A stretch of 64,000 nt of DNA from positions 83,062-147,061 of IMG/VR virus record IMGVR_UViG_3300033146_000946. The stretch is one strand, 5' to 3'. The notes below the pieces were generated by a model that was given only the letters and a program-made list of their open reading frames with translations, was not told where the DNA came from and did not search any database. The DNA comes from a virus. The position numbers and the translations under genes were made by a program. Shown piece after piece: positions 29,701 to 37,736 of the stretch; positions within the stretch are counted from its first letter, which is position 1, and every line of letters starts with the position of its first letter.

Positions 29701-30124
29701 AAATAATAGGTTGTTTTTCTGGTTTTGGGAATACATCATCACCAACAGTTCTAGTCTCAATATCCCAGAACATTATTCTAATTTTTTCTTCATGAGGAAA
29801 TTTTAAAATAAAATCTGGATCACTAATATATAATTGTTCGACATAACTATTATTATAAATTTGATTTATTTTATCTTTATGTCTATCAAGAAATTCTCGT
29901 TGTTGAGCCGTATCATTAAATACGACTCTTTTATAATTAGTTAATTCATCATCTGGGATTTTAGTCCATTTTTCAATAGCTTTATTTGAGACAGAAACTT
30001 CTGGAAAAGCTGACTCTTCCAGAAGATTAAAAGGTTTAAAAGGAAAATTTGTATATACAAATTTATTATTATGAAAGATCCTCAGATTCGTTTTCGTTGC
30101 TTTCAACAGTAGCGGTACTTTCAT
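26732..30124 (-). CDS. polB: Family B DNA polymerase with intein
   Basis: Exonuclease WDIET and GYNSEIFDFPY; Pol A LDFTSMYPS; Pol B KIILNSIYG; Pol C D|TDG interrupted. Confidence 0.95.
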   Translation of the reverse strand: MKVPLLLKATKTNLRIFHNNKFVYTNFPFKPFNLLEESAFPEVSVSNKAIEKWTKIPDDELTNYKRVVFNDTAQQREFLDRHKDKINQIYNNSYVEQLYISDPDFILKFPHEEKIRIMFWDIETRTVGDDVFPKPEKQPIICIGFSIWDYHPDGSKEKLNYTLLNNYDEDKTDLFILQDFVEAMRKWDVDILAGYNSEIFDFPYFYNRCKIRKVSMQGFARENKSPFINDRGQIFINGRIHYDMYLKVLKDQSLYGLKNKSLKTLARHYKVPLDKDADVELEDAIRNTEKVRTENPDLLWSYQKADVIRTEHVGAVYIRNDITLAEKVQVSLNDTMNSYPSFIPKIFLARNFYKNKLISTETNFSKYNSRTGTRYQFRKYDNKELKYQGALVGLYKYGKFEDTYKLDFTSMYPSAICTFNLGPDTTKLIEVRPYTGKYKFKKTAKYDWHSFPDKNFGVDLVVRVRNDIEGILKKEIKMLWAERKAIKKEMKEAAKTNPELVPMLDSQQLAIKIILNSIYGIQGLKSSTYGDTITGATITAMCRYTTGKTIVKYEDELVELDSVTGDTPIWVKNKFMNMVDIIPIEDIHRGDAKNYEVVEPIKALTRHGWADINYTKRHEVSKNIYRTRIKNGFVDITEDHSLFNNNEEELTPKDIIVNKSHIELTDYFYIPNNNFINNELAWLYGFLLNNIKIDTYKTRFRTLKTKLILSKKYKHIKTNIVKLLNLYIGSKFECRFRTTEFRNHYELIPWGKNSFKIYEFLIKKLYTKNGYSKVPIDIINNVEKGDAFIGGLLADSTYAIKPYSMRKNRYIDTSSKTLAAGIQFIFNDCKIYLVNNGNTYRCVRYNDEDYSNGLVIKNNIIISNKNDTYVYDISTDDGTFVTALGNIVLHNTDGLAIDKWISEEETNKWLDQLMINQFGIDENYMQMELDIVGPAYFCAMKNYVVEIEGHTHLHGSSLKSSRNCYVQDRARDLAIEYWFNNKPMEEVIREAYDFTGLELKDFEYRIRLNKDLDEYDDKTGQVAFLAAQYEHLTHSKPAVDTTIPYIITCKPLTDPKFKKFYEKKTGENYKFIKLAKDISEIDISYYNKQIDKMLNKFNISRVKQQSLFIDIGLDDIPDKVKLDKVNHDFE
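27452..28441 (-). mobile_element. Intein (330 aa) in polymerase motif C
   Basis: SVTGDTP start, block B DITEDHSL, VYDIST...IVLHN end, +1 Thr; degenerate LAGLIDADG blocks. Confidence 0.93.
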
Positions 30125-30491
30125 TTTCAGCTTCCTCTTGTTTTTGCATATAAGTGTTTAGTCTTTCTGTAAGACTTCTAATATCATCATTGTCTATTGA
30201 TTTACCAATATTAGTGATAATACTAATTGTGTCATTAGAAATGGTATCCAATTCATCTAAGATATTTTTATTATCTTTATAATCATTTAGCAATTTAGCA
30301 TTAACAATCATTTTAGATAGAATATCAAATAGTTCATTGAATCCCATACTAGTAGCAGCAAGAAGTGCACTTGTAATTTGATCATCATTAAGATCTTTTG
30401 TTTCTAATTCATTGATAACATTTTCATAAATTTCACCAATTTTTGGGTTTTCTGATACACTATGATACATAGTATTGTTGTTTTTACTCAT
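30069..30491 (-). CDS. Acidic helical hypothetical protein
   Basis: 140-aa ORF overlapping the polB start. Confidence 0.7.
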   Translation of the reverse strand: MSKNNNTMYHSVSENPKIGEIYENVINELETKDLNDDQITSALLAATSMGFNELFDILSKMIVNAKLLNDYKDNKNILDELDTISNDTISIITNIGKSIDNDDIRSLTERLNTYMQKQEEAENESTATVESNENESEDLS

Positions 30492-30915
30492 CTTTTAATT
30501 CCTTTAGTTTAAGTAAGATATTAACCAATTCATCATTTAAATCAGTTGTAATATTATTAACAGATTGTTCAATATATTTTCTAGATAATGTCATAGATAT
30601 TTTAGCAAGATCGTCATAATCAAGATTAGAATCTTTAATTATTTTTTCAATTGCTAAAATTAATTTATAAGAATATTCTAATTGCCCAATTGCATTAGTC
30701 AATAATTGTAAACTCATTGCATATGTAGTTCCAATCATATCTTTTTGCGTTTCTTCATCAGGTAATATACCTTCATCGTTAACAAATTGCGATTTAAATA
30801 AATTATAATATTCATCAAATTCAGTTCTAACTTTTTCACCCAGAGTAGAATAATCGACATTTTTTAAATTTTCAATAATGTCATCTATCTCAACAGGTTC
30901 TGTTACGTCTATCAT
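30484..30915 (-). CDS. Acidic helical hypothetical protein
   Basis: 143-aa ORF; SD AAGGA. Confidence 0.7.
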   Translation of the reverse strand: MIDVTEPVEIDDIIENLKNVDYSTLGEKVRTEFDEYYNLFKSQFVNDEGILPDEETQKDMIGTTYAMSLQLLTNAIGQLEYSYKLILAIEKIIKDSNLDYDDLAKISMTLSRKYIEQSVNNITTDLNDELVNILLKLKELKDE

Positions 30916-30925
30916 ATAATATCCT

Positions 30926-31336
30926 TTATATTAAAGCCCAATCTCGAATATTCTTAGAATATTTAAGTTTCTTTTTATTAGTATTTAGTTCTCGTAAAAT
31001 CGCTTCATCTGATATAGAATCATATCCTATACATTTAAATCTTTTACCAGTTTTAACATTAAAATAATCTTGTCCTTTATGAAAATTTGCATGTGTTAAA
31101 ATTAATCTTTTATGAGAATCATATTTAGCATTTGTTCTATATAAAATAAAATCTTCACCTATATTATCTCTTAATTTTTCAACTAATTTTCTAGAATTAG
31201 TTAATAAATAAATTTCATCAAATAAAATTTCACGTCCAGTTTCATCATTTAATGTTACATAATCGAAATGTGATACAGTAAATTCCATATTAGTGCTCCT
31301 ATTATAAATACTATTTAATGATATGTAATCTTTCAA
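30926..31336 (-). CDS. Hypothetical protein
   Basis: 136-aa ORF; start uncertain. Confidence 0.6.
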   Translation of the reverse strand: MKDYISLNSIYNRSTNMEFTVSHFDYVTLNDETGREILFDEIYLLTNSRKLVEKLRDNIGEDFILYRTNAKYDSHKRLILTHANFHKGQDYFNVKTGKRFKCIGYDSISDEAILRELNTNKKKLKYSKNIRDWALI

Positions 31337-31832
31337 AACTAAGAGTTTCTCTTAGTTCTTCAATCATATCATTTATATATACATTATTTTTATATAAAGT
31401 ATTCTCTTTATCTATCATTAATTTAATAATATTAACTAAATGTATTACAACACCTTCTGTCAATATTAAATCATTAATATCAGATTTAGCATGAGTAACT
31501 GTTATATAATATAGTATATATAAAATTGAATCAATTTTCAAGTTATTTTCATAATTATTCGATATTATATATTTTATAATAGAATTATAGATATAACTGT
31601 AAGGTAAAGCATTTACGATTTTTGATTTATTATTAATTTTAGATTTTAATAAACATATTTTATTATCATCTATTAAAATATTAAAATTATTATTATTTAA
31701 TTCAGTAGAATATGTAGATAGAATCAAATCTAAATCAATATCATTAATAATAGTTATCCCAGAATTTTTTAAAAAAATTGATCTAGGATAACCATAATCT
31801 GCTATAAAATCAATTAATGAACTAATGTTCAT
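31311..31832 (-). CDS. Hypothetical protein
   Basis: 173 aa; starts 2 nt after the Ubl stop. Confidence 0.65.
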   Translation of the reverse strand: MNISSLIDFIADYGYPRSIFLKNSGITIINDIDLDLILSTYSTELNNNNFNILIDDNKICLLKSKINNKSKIVNALPYSYIYNSIIKYIISNNYENNLKIDSILYILYYITVTHAKSDINDLILTEGVVIHLVNIIKLMIDKENTLYKNNVYINDMIEELRETLSFERLHIIK

Positions 31833-31834
31833 TA

Positions 31835-32053
31835 TTAACCACCAATTAATTGATTCATAATAGTAATAGTTTTTGCATCCTGAAGTTCATCTTCTAATAC
31901 AAAATCTTTCATATAAGGTGAACCATTAATATAAATTGTCTTATTATTTCTTTTTTCAGAATTAATAAAATCAATTGCTTCTTTTAAATCGTAATCTTTT
32001 ACAACTGGGCCATTTGTATCAATCATTTCGATTGTAATTTTTTTGTTACTCAT
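31835..32053 (-). CDS. Ubiquitin-like / ThiS-MoaD-like beta-grasp protein
   Basis: 72 aa, IYING...TITIMNQLIGG-stop with free C-terminal diglycine; same operon as an E1. Confidence 0.75.
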   Translation of the reverse strand: MSNKKITIEMIDTNGPVVKDYDLKEAIDFINSEKRNNKTIYINGSPYMKDFVLEDELQDAKTITIMNQLIGG

Positions 32054-32334
32054 TATTCATCTCCTAATATAATTAAAATGTCAGACTCATCCATTATTAA
32101 ATATTTTTTATCTCTTAATTCAATTTCAGTTCCAGCATACTTCCCATGTAATACTGTATCACCTATTACTGCGGTCATATCATAATCAGATGTACCTGGA
32201 CCAGTAGCAATCACTTTTGCTAATTGTGGTCTATCTTGAGCTTGATCTGGAATATAAATTCCACCTTTAGTAATTGTTTCTTTTTCGATAGGTTCTAATA
32301 AAATTTTAGAACCTAATAATGTTACATTTTTCAT
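32053..32334 (-). CDS. groES: Co-chaperonin GroES
   Basis: TKGGIYIPD mobile loop, VIATGPG, GDTVLHGKYAGTEI, IMDESDIL. Confidence 0.95.
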   Translation of the reverse strand: MKNVTLLGSKILLEPIEKETITKGGIYIPDQAQDRPQLAKVIATGPGTSDYDMTAVIGDTVLHGKYAGTEIELRDKKYLIMDESDILIILGDE

Positions 32335-32337
32335 AAA

Positions 32338-34641
32338 TTAACCTTTATTTAATTCATCTTCTAAATTATAAATTGAACTAGCAATTACACTATCATTTTT
32401 AAGTGAAAGAAGTTTAGATACAACTGTATCATAACCAACCGTTGATTTCATTTTTGATTGATCAATCATACATATATATGTACCATTAATATATATTTCT
32501 TTATCTGTTTCAGCAACAATATTATCTAATTCTGGATTCATAAAAACAAATGATTCTTTTAAATTATATGCTATAACATAATTTTTACCAGATAATCCTG
32601 TAACTTTAATACCATCATATTCAACTTTATTTTGTTTATCAAAATATTTCACATAATTACAATCTAAATCTTCAACTTTTTTAGTTAAAAATTCTTTCGA
32701 TTTATCAATATATAATTGATATGATTTATCAATCATAATTTTATATTTAATATAATCAAATTTAGTTTCACATGATTTAAATACATGATTATTAATATAT
32801 TCCATATTGCTAATTGATGATCTGTAACTACTATCTCTAGTTTTTAATATACAAATATTATATAATGTATTAAATACTTTTTTGCCTTTAATTTTAATAT
32901 CAACACCATCAATATTCATTTCATATATATTTGTTTTATCAGTTGTTTTAAATTTAAAATAATTTTTATCTATAAAATAACCTGAACTTAAACCAATAAA
33001 TACTGACAAACCTTTTTTTGTAATATTATCAATGAATAATTGAGCAGATGCTTGTGAATTATAACATGACATTTCTTTTAATACATTTATAATTTCATTT
33101 TTATTAATTCGTTTTTCATTAATATATGTAAAATTACTACCATTCTTATATAATTCAATTTTAATATTTACTGTATTATTAAACTCAATAAATATATCAC
33201 GTGATTCTTTAGTATAAGTAATTACCGATTCCAGATGATTAAATATTTTTCTAGTTAATTGTTCAATTATTTCATCTTCATTTGTTTGTTTTCTAAAATA
33301 TAATACCATATATTCATTTGCTAATGTATATAATCTTTCTTTTAATGATTCATCATTAAATTGAATAGCAAAATCGTTATATGAAATTTTACCTTTTTCA
33401 TGTTCATATAAAATATCATCTGTAATTTTAACATCATCACCAGTTGATTTTTGTTTTTTAATTACATATAAATATTCATTAGATAAATTCTTTAAACCTT
33501 TTAAAACATCTTTAAAAGTATGTTTATATTTATGTGAAGGTAAATATGTGCTTAAACGTAATGTTTTATCTGAACCTTCAAAATATAAATTATCTATTTT
33601 AATATTTTCACTCAAAATTTTATTTAGAGATTTATCTATAACTTCTTCGATATCAAAAGTATGAACTTTTGGATCAGATGTAATAGTAGTAAATTGAAAT
33701 TTACTACCATCACCAAATGAAATTATATATCTACCTTCATCTAAATAATTAAAAGGTACACCTCTAAAAAGAACATTAACATAATTAATAGAATTTAACA
33801 TAATAAAATCATTAGCATTATGATATAAGTCCATTGTATCAGAACTATTATTAGTTGCTTTATCAGAATGTACAGATTTAACAATACGTTCAGAATCAGG
33901 ATCTTTAAAATATGATGTTACCATACAATATCTTTTATTTTCAATATTAAATATTTTATCTATTTTAGATATTATTAATATATTATCAGTTCTATAAGAA
34001 TCAGTAGAAGGATTATTTAAATTAATATCTATAAATTCTAATGGATTTACAAATGATAATTTTAATTTTTTCGCAGTATTATTAAATTTTTTAATAATAT
34101 TATTTTTAATTTCAAGTTCTTTATTAAAAGTAAATTTAGCTAAATTTGTTAAAGTATCATTACTTATAATATCATCATTATATTTATCCATTAAGTCTTT
34201 AAGTTCATATACTTTTTGTTTATTAATTTTATAACTTAAAGTTGTTTTAGTAATCATTAATGTTACTATTTCATTTATAGTTAATGGTGAATTTTCTGAT
34301 ATTTCTGTAATAAATTCATATAAATTTTCAGTTGATGTTTGTTCTAATTTATAATTAAATCCAGTATCAATAGCTTTAGTTTTTTCAATAATAAATCCGA
34401 AATTATATGAATAAGTATCTTCTGTATATGATATAATTAAAATTAAATAACTTTTCTTTTTTATATCAATTGAAAATAAACTAAAACCATTTCTGGTATT
34501 TAATATATCTGATATATCATTAGTAAATTTTTCTACTACATCATAATTATTTTTAACTTCATCTAAATTTAAATAATTAAAAAATAATAGATCAAAAAAT
34601 TCTTTATCTGAATTTTGTCCAGACGTACTAAATGTTTTCAT
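32338..34641 (-). CDS. Large hypothetical protein with Cys-containing C-terminal domain
   Basis: 767 aa; C-terminal VTGLSGKNY...YICMID...DTVVSKLLSLKND. Confidence 0.75.
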   Translation of the reverse strand: MKTFSTSGQNSDKEFFDLLFFNYLNLDEVKNNYDVVEKFTNDISDILNTRNGFSLFSIDIKKKSYLILIISYTEDTYSYNFGFIIEKTKAIDTGFNYKLEQTSTENLYEFITEISENSPLTINEIVTLMITKTTLSYKINKQKVYELKDLMDKYNDDIISNDTLTNLAKFTFNKELEIKNNIIKKFNNTAKKLKLSFVNPLEFIDINLNNPSTDSYRTDNILIISKIDKIFNIENKRYCMVTSYFKDPDSERIVKSVHSDKATNNSSDTMDLYHNANDFIMLNSINYVNVLFRGVPFNYLDEGRYIISFGDGSKFQFTTITSDPKVHTFDIEEVIDKSLNKILSENIKIDNLYFEGSDKTLRLSTYLPSHKYKHTFKDVLKGLKNLSNEYLYVIKKQKSTGDDVKITDDILYEHEKGKISYNDFAIQFNDESLKERLYTLANEYMVLYFRKQTNEDEIIEQLTRKIFNHLESVITYTKESRDIFIEFNNTVNIKIELYKNGSNFTYINEKRINKNEIINVLKEMSCYNSQASAQLFIDNITKKGLSVFIGLSSGYFIDKNYFKFKTTDKTNIYEMNIDGVDIKIKGKKVFNTLYNICILKTRDSSYRSSISNMEYINNHVFKSCETKFDYIKYKIMIDKSYQLYIDKSKEFLTKKVEDLDCNYVKYFDKQNKVEYDGIKVTGLSGKNYVIAYNLKESFVFMNPELDNIVAETDKEIYINGTYICMIDQSKMKSTVGYDTVVSKLLSLKNDSVIASSIYNLEDELNKG

Positions 34642-34653
34642 TTTTTTATCCTT

Positions 34654-35226
34654 TTAAAATATATGATTTAATTCTGTTGGTAAAATATTTTTTCTACTGT
34701 ATGTTAATAGAGCTTGTGCTAAAATTTGAGCAATAATTCTATTGCCTAATTCAATTTCATTTTTTTCTAATTGATAAGGAAATTGACAACTGAAACTTTC
34801 AGTAGAATCATCGATTGTATTTAGATAATCATTTGTATCTGAACTAAATAAACCAACTGCTCTACCATTAGATCTAGAGTCAATAAATGGAATATTATTT
34901 TCCTTATAATTTTTGAAAACTTCTCTTCTAATAATATTATTATCAGCACAAATAAGAATTAAATTATATTCTTGTAAGTCAGAATAATTAACTCGTTTTA
35001 CTTCATATTCCAAGTTAAAATATCTTTCTTCTAATGCTTCTACTTTATAAGAATCAATATCACTAGATTCGAAATTTTGATATCTAATATTTTTCATTTC
35101 AACATTATCATCATCGACAGCAATAAACTCCCAATCTGATTCAAATTGATCATTATCTATTAGATTATCAAGTGTTTCTATAAAATAAGAACCGATACCA
35201 CCAGCTCCTATAATTAATACTTTCAT
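34654..35226 (-). CDS. ThiF/E1-like adenylyltransferase
   Basis: IIGAGGIGS, DDDNVEMKNIRYQ, CADNNIIRR, IDSR, FSCQ. Confidence 0.9.
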   Translation of the reverse strand: MKVLIIGAGGIGSYFIETLDNLIDNDQFESDWEFIAVDDDNVEMKNIRYQNFESSDIDSYKVEALEERYFNLEYEVKRVNYSDLQEYNLILICADNNIIRREVFKNYKENNIPFIDSRSNGRAVGLFSSDTNDYLNTIDDSTESFSCQFPYQLEKNEIELGNRIIAQILAQALLTYSRKNILPTELNHIF

Positions 35227-35235
35227 TTTTATCTC

Positions 35236-35850
35236 CTAATACTTAATTGTTGTATATTCATTTATTTTTCCATCAATTATTTTATTTGTAATTCTTATAT
35301 TACAAGAACCATTGATTATTGTGTAATTTAAAAATCCACTACATGAAAATTGTGATGTTTCTTCTGTTTTATATAAATTAGTAACATCATATTTATCATC
35401 TAATATAAAAAATAAATGATAACCTTGTCTTTTACTAATAGGATTTTTAGAAGAAATAAATAATTTATAATCGATTAATTTATCACCTAATAATTTTTTA
35501 TAAAATTTATATACTAAATCTAATCTATACATATCTGTATCATTAAATTTTTTATTTTTTGCATCTTTTCTTATTATATAATTTAAATTAGAATGATATA
35601 TTTTATTAATATTATCTATATCTAATACAAATAAATTAGTATTTTTTATATCTGTCAATATTCCAAAACTATATGATTTAGTAATTGGACTAATATTATG
35701 ATTAAGTATTTCATCTAATGTAACTTGTTTATATAATCTATATTCACTATATTCATGTTCTATATCATATTGTACTAATGTATAATTATATTTATTTATT
35801 AAATCTAAATGTATATCAGAAACCAACATCGTATTTATCCTCTTTATCAT
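35236..35850 (-). CDS. Prim-pol/AEP-like protein
   Basis: FVLDID, S...GYHLFF, NIRI motifs. Confidence 0.5.
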   Translation of the reverse strand: MIKRINTMLVSDIHLDLINKYNYTLVQYDIEHEYSEYRLYKQVTLDEILNHNISPITKSYSFGILTDIKNTNLFVLDIDNINKIYHSNLNYIIRKDAKNKKFNDTDMYRLDLVYKFYKKLLGDKLIDYKLFISSKNPISKRQGYHLFFILDDKYDVTNLYKTEETSQFSCSGFLNYTIINGSCNIRITNKIIDGKINEYTTIKY

Positions 35851-36406
35851 TATTTAAAATAGATTTATTTTTAACAGATATATATTTTCTAACATAATTT
35901 GACATGAGATTAGTTTCAATACATATCCTATTTAATTTATAATTTTTAATACTTGATTTAGTTATTATATATTGTTTATATTCATGTTCTTCATTATAAT
36001 TTAAATAAAATATATTTAATATATTAATAGGAATACCTTCAGATATTGGTTTAGAACTAATATCTAAATTTGTTACAAATTCTATTTTAACTAATTCATT
36101 AAAATTTAACTTCGATAATTTATCTAATAATTTAGTTTTATCATATGAAATTAATAATGGAACGTTTAATATATAAATATTACTTTTATTAATAACTTTA
36201 TGTCTTAAATTAATTTTACTAACTTTAGTATCTTTTTTAAAATATAAAGTTAGATTGTCGATATTATATCCATTAAATACATTTAAATATGTTGTATTTT
36301 GTGTTCGTTTTAATAATAAACTAACTGGTTCATTTGATTTTTCATTACTATATAATATAAAATTAGGTATACCAATTAATTTTGATATTTCATTTATAAT
36401 AGACAT
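35816..36406 (-). CDS. Hypothetical protein
   Basis: 196-aa ORF within the operon. Confidence 0.6.
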   Translation of the reverse strand: MSIINEISKLIGIPNFILYSNEKSNEPVSLLLKRTQNTTYLNVFNGYNIDNLTLYFKKDTKVSKINLRHKVINKSNIYILNVPLLISYDKTKLLDKLSKLNFNELVKIEFVTNLDISSKPISEGIPINILNIFYLNYNEEHEYKQYIITKSSIKNYKLNRICIETNLMSNYVRKYISVKNKSILNNDKEDKYDVGF

Positions 36407-36408
36407 AA

Positions 36409-36999
36409 TTAACTCTCAATCAAAGTGTTATAATAATTAGAAATAATTTCCCAATCTTCTTTTAAAATACTAAGTTTATAATTATCATCTTCATATCCAG
36501 TTCTTTTATTATAATAATCAATATTATAAGTTAATATAACTGGTATATCATCATAATTATATACAACTTTACCATGATCCTCTATAATGTTAGGTTTTTG
36601 ATTCATAAATAATTCAGCTGAACTATCATCAAATGTAACTATTAATTTAGGACCAATTATTTCAATTAAATCGTAAAATATTTCTCTTGATTTTTTTATA
36701 GTTTTTCTAGCAGCACCAAAACTTTTAGATGGTTGCGCATAACATATAATATAATTAGTTATATTATATTTATCTAATATTGATATAAAAAATTGTTTCT
36801 CAAAATCAGCATTAAAAAAACCATGATTAGTTATAAATGGAAAAATAAATAATACACAATTATTAAAATTTTTTTTATTACCTTTTATAATTGTAAATTT
36901 ACCTTTACCATTTTGATCTACTTCTAATAATTTTTTATATTTTTCTTTCATTTCATTTAATCTTTGATTAACTGATAAATTACTACTAAACAAATCCAT
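36409..36999 (-). CDS. Uracil-DNA-glycosylase family-4-like fold, probably inactive
   Basis: IEIIGPKLIVTFD..SA, HGKV...IPVILTYN; catalytic GExP and HP absent; start MDLFSS after GGAG. Confidence 0.55.
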   Translation of the reverse strand: MDLFSSNLSVNQRLNEMKEKYKKLLEVDQNGKGKFTIIKGNKKNFNNCVLFIFPFITNHGFFNADFEKQFFISILDKYNITNYIICYAQPSKSFGAARKTIKKSREIFYDLIEIIGPKLIVTFDDSSAELFMNQKPNIIEDHGKVVYNYDDIPVILTYNIDYYNKRTGYEDDNYKLSILKEDWEIISNYYNTLIES

Positions 37000-37306
37000 T
37001 TTCTCTCCATATTTTAAATGCTTTATTAAGATTAACACAATCATTTTTAGTTAACATTATTTCTGATTCATCATTTTCATCAGTTGATTTAACTATATTT
37101 ATTAAATTATCTAAAACATCAACTGTTTTATCCCATAATAATTCACCTATAATTTCGTGTAATGTAGATATTTTAATTGTTACCATTTTATATAGATAAT
37201 AACAATCTATAATAACAACTAAATCATAAATAGTTTTTATCATTTTAATATCGTATCTTGGTGTGTTTATTATAGGTTTATATAATAATTTTCTAAAATT
37301 AATCAT
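36986..37306 (-). CDS. Hypothetical protein (starts MINFRK)
   Basis: ORF within the operon; start overlaps the upstream gene end. Confidence 0.6.
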   Translation of the reverse strand: MINFRKLLYKPIINTPRYDIKMIKTIYDLVVIIDCYYLYKMVTIKISTLHEIIGELLWDKTVDVLDNLINIVKSTDENDESEIMLTKNDCVNLNKAFKIWRENGFV

Positions 37307-37736
37307 TTTTAGTTCCATTTAAAAATTTTGATAGTGCAAGATATTCTCTATAAGTTATATTTTTATAATTTTGTTGTGTTATAAAATAATTATTATTATT
37401 AATATCTATATCATTATAATTAAGTGTAATATTAAATAAATATTTATTAAACATACCTATTATAGCATTATTATTTATAATTGATCTATCATCATTTGAA
37501 TTAGTATGAATTGAATATATTTTATATAATAAATCATTTAATAAATTACTTTCAATTATAAAATAATAATAAGCATAATTATTACAACCATCACAAACTT
37601 TGAATTCAGGTAAATTAATTTTTAAATCATCATAACTTAAAATATAATATTGTATTGTTTGCATAGTAGAATTAAATTTTAAACCACATACATCACAATA
37701 TTTAGATTGTTTTAATTTACCATATCTCAAATTCAT
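37299..37736 (-). CDS. Zn-finger protein of the MNLR-start group
   Basis: MNLRY; CDVC...CDGC. Confidence 0.65.
   Translation of the reverse strand: MNLRYGKLKQSKYCDVCGLKFNSTMQTIQYYILSYDDLKINLPEFKVCDGCNNYAYYYFIIESNLLNDLLYKIYSIHTNSNDDRSIINNNAIIGMFNKYLFNITLNYNDIDINNNNYFITQQNYKNITYREYLALSKFLNGTKND

Noticed and set aside
31835-35226. Ordinary thiamine or molybdopterin ThiS/ThiF pair
   Set aside because: No pathway partners in the window and the E1 lacks the CxxC Zn sites; disfavoured but not excluded
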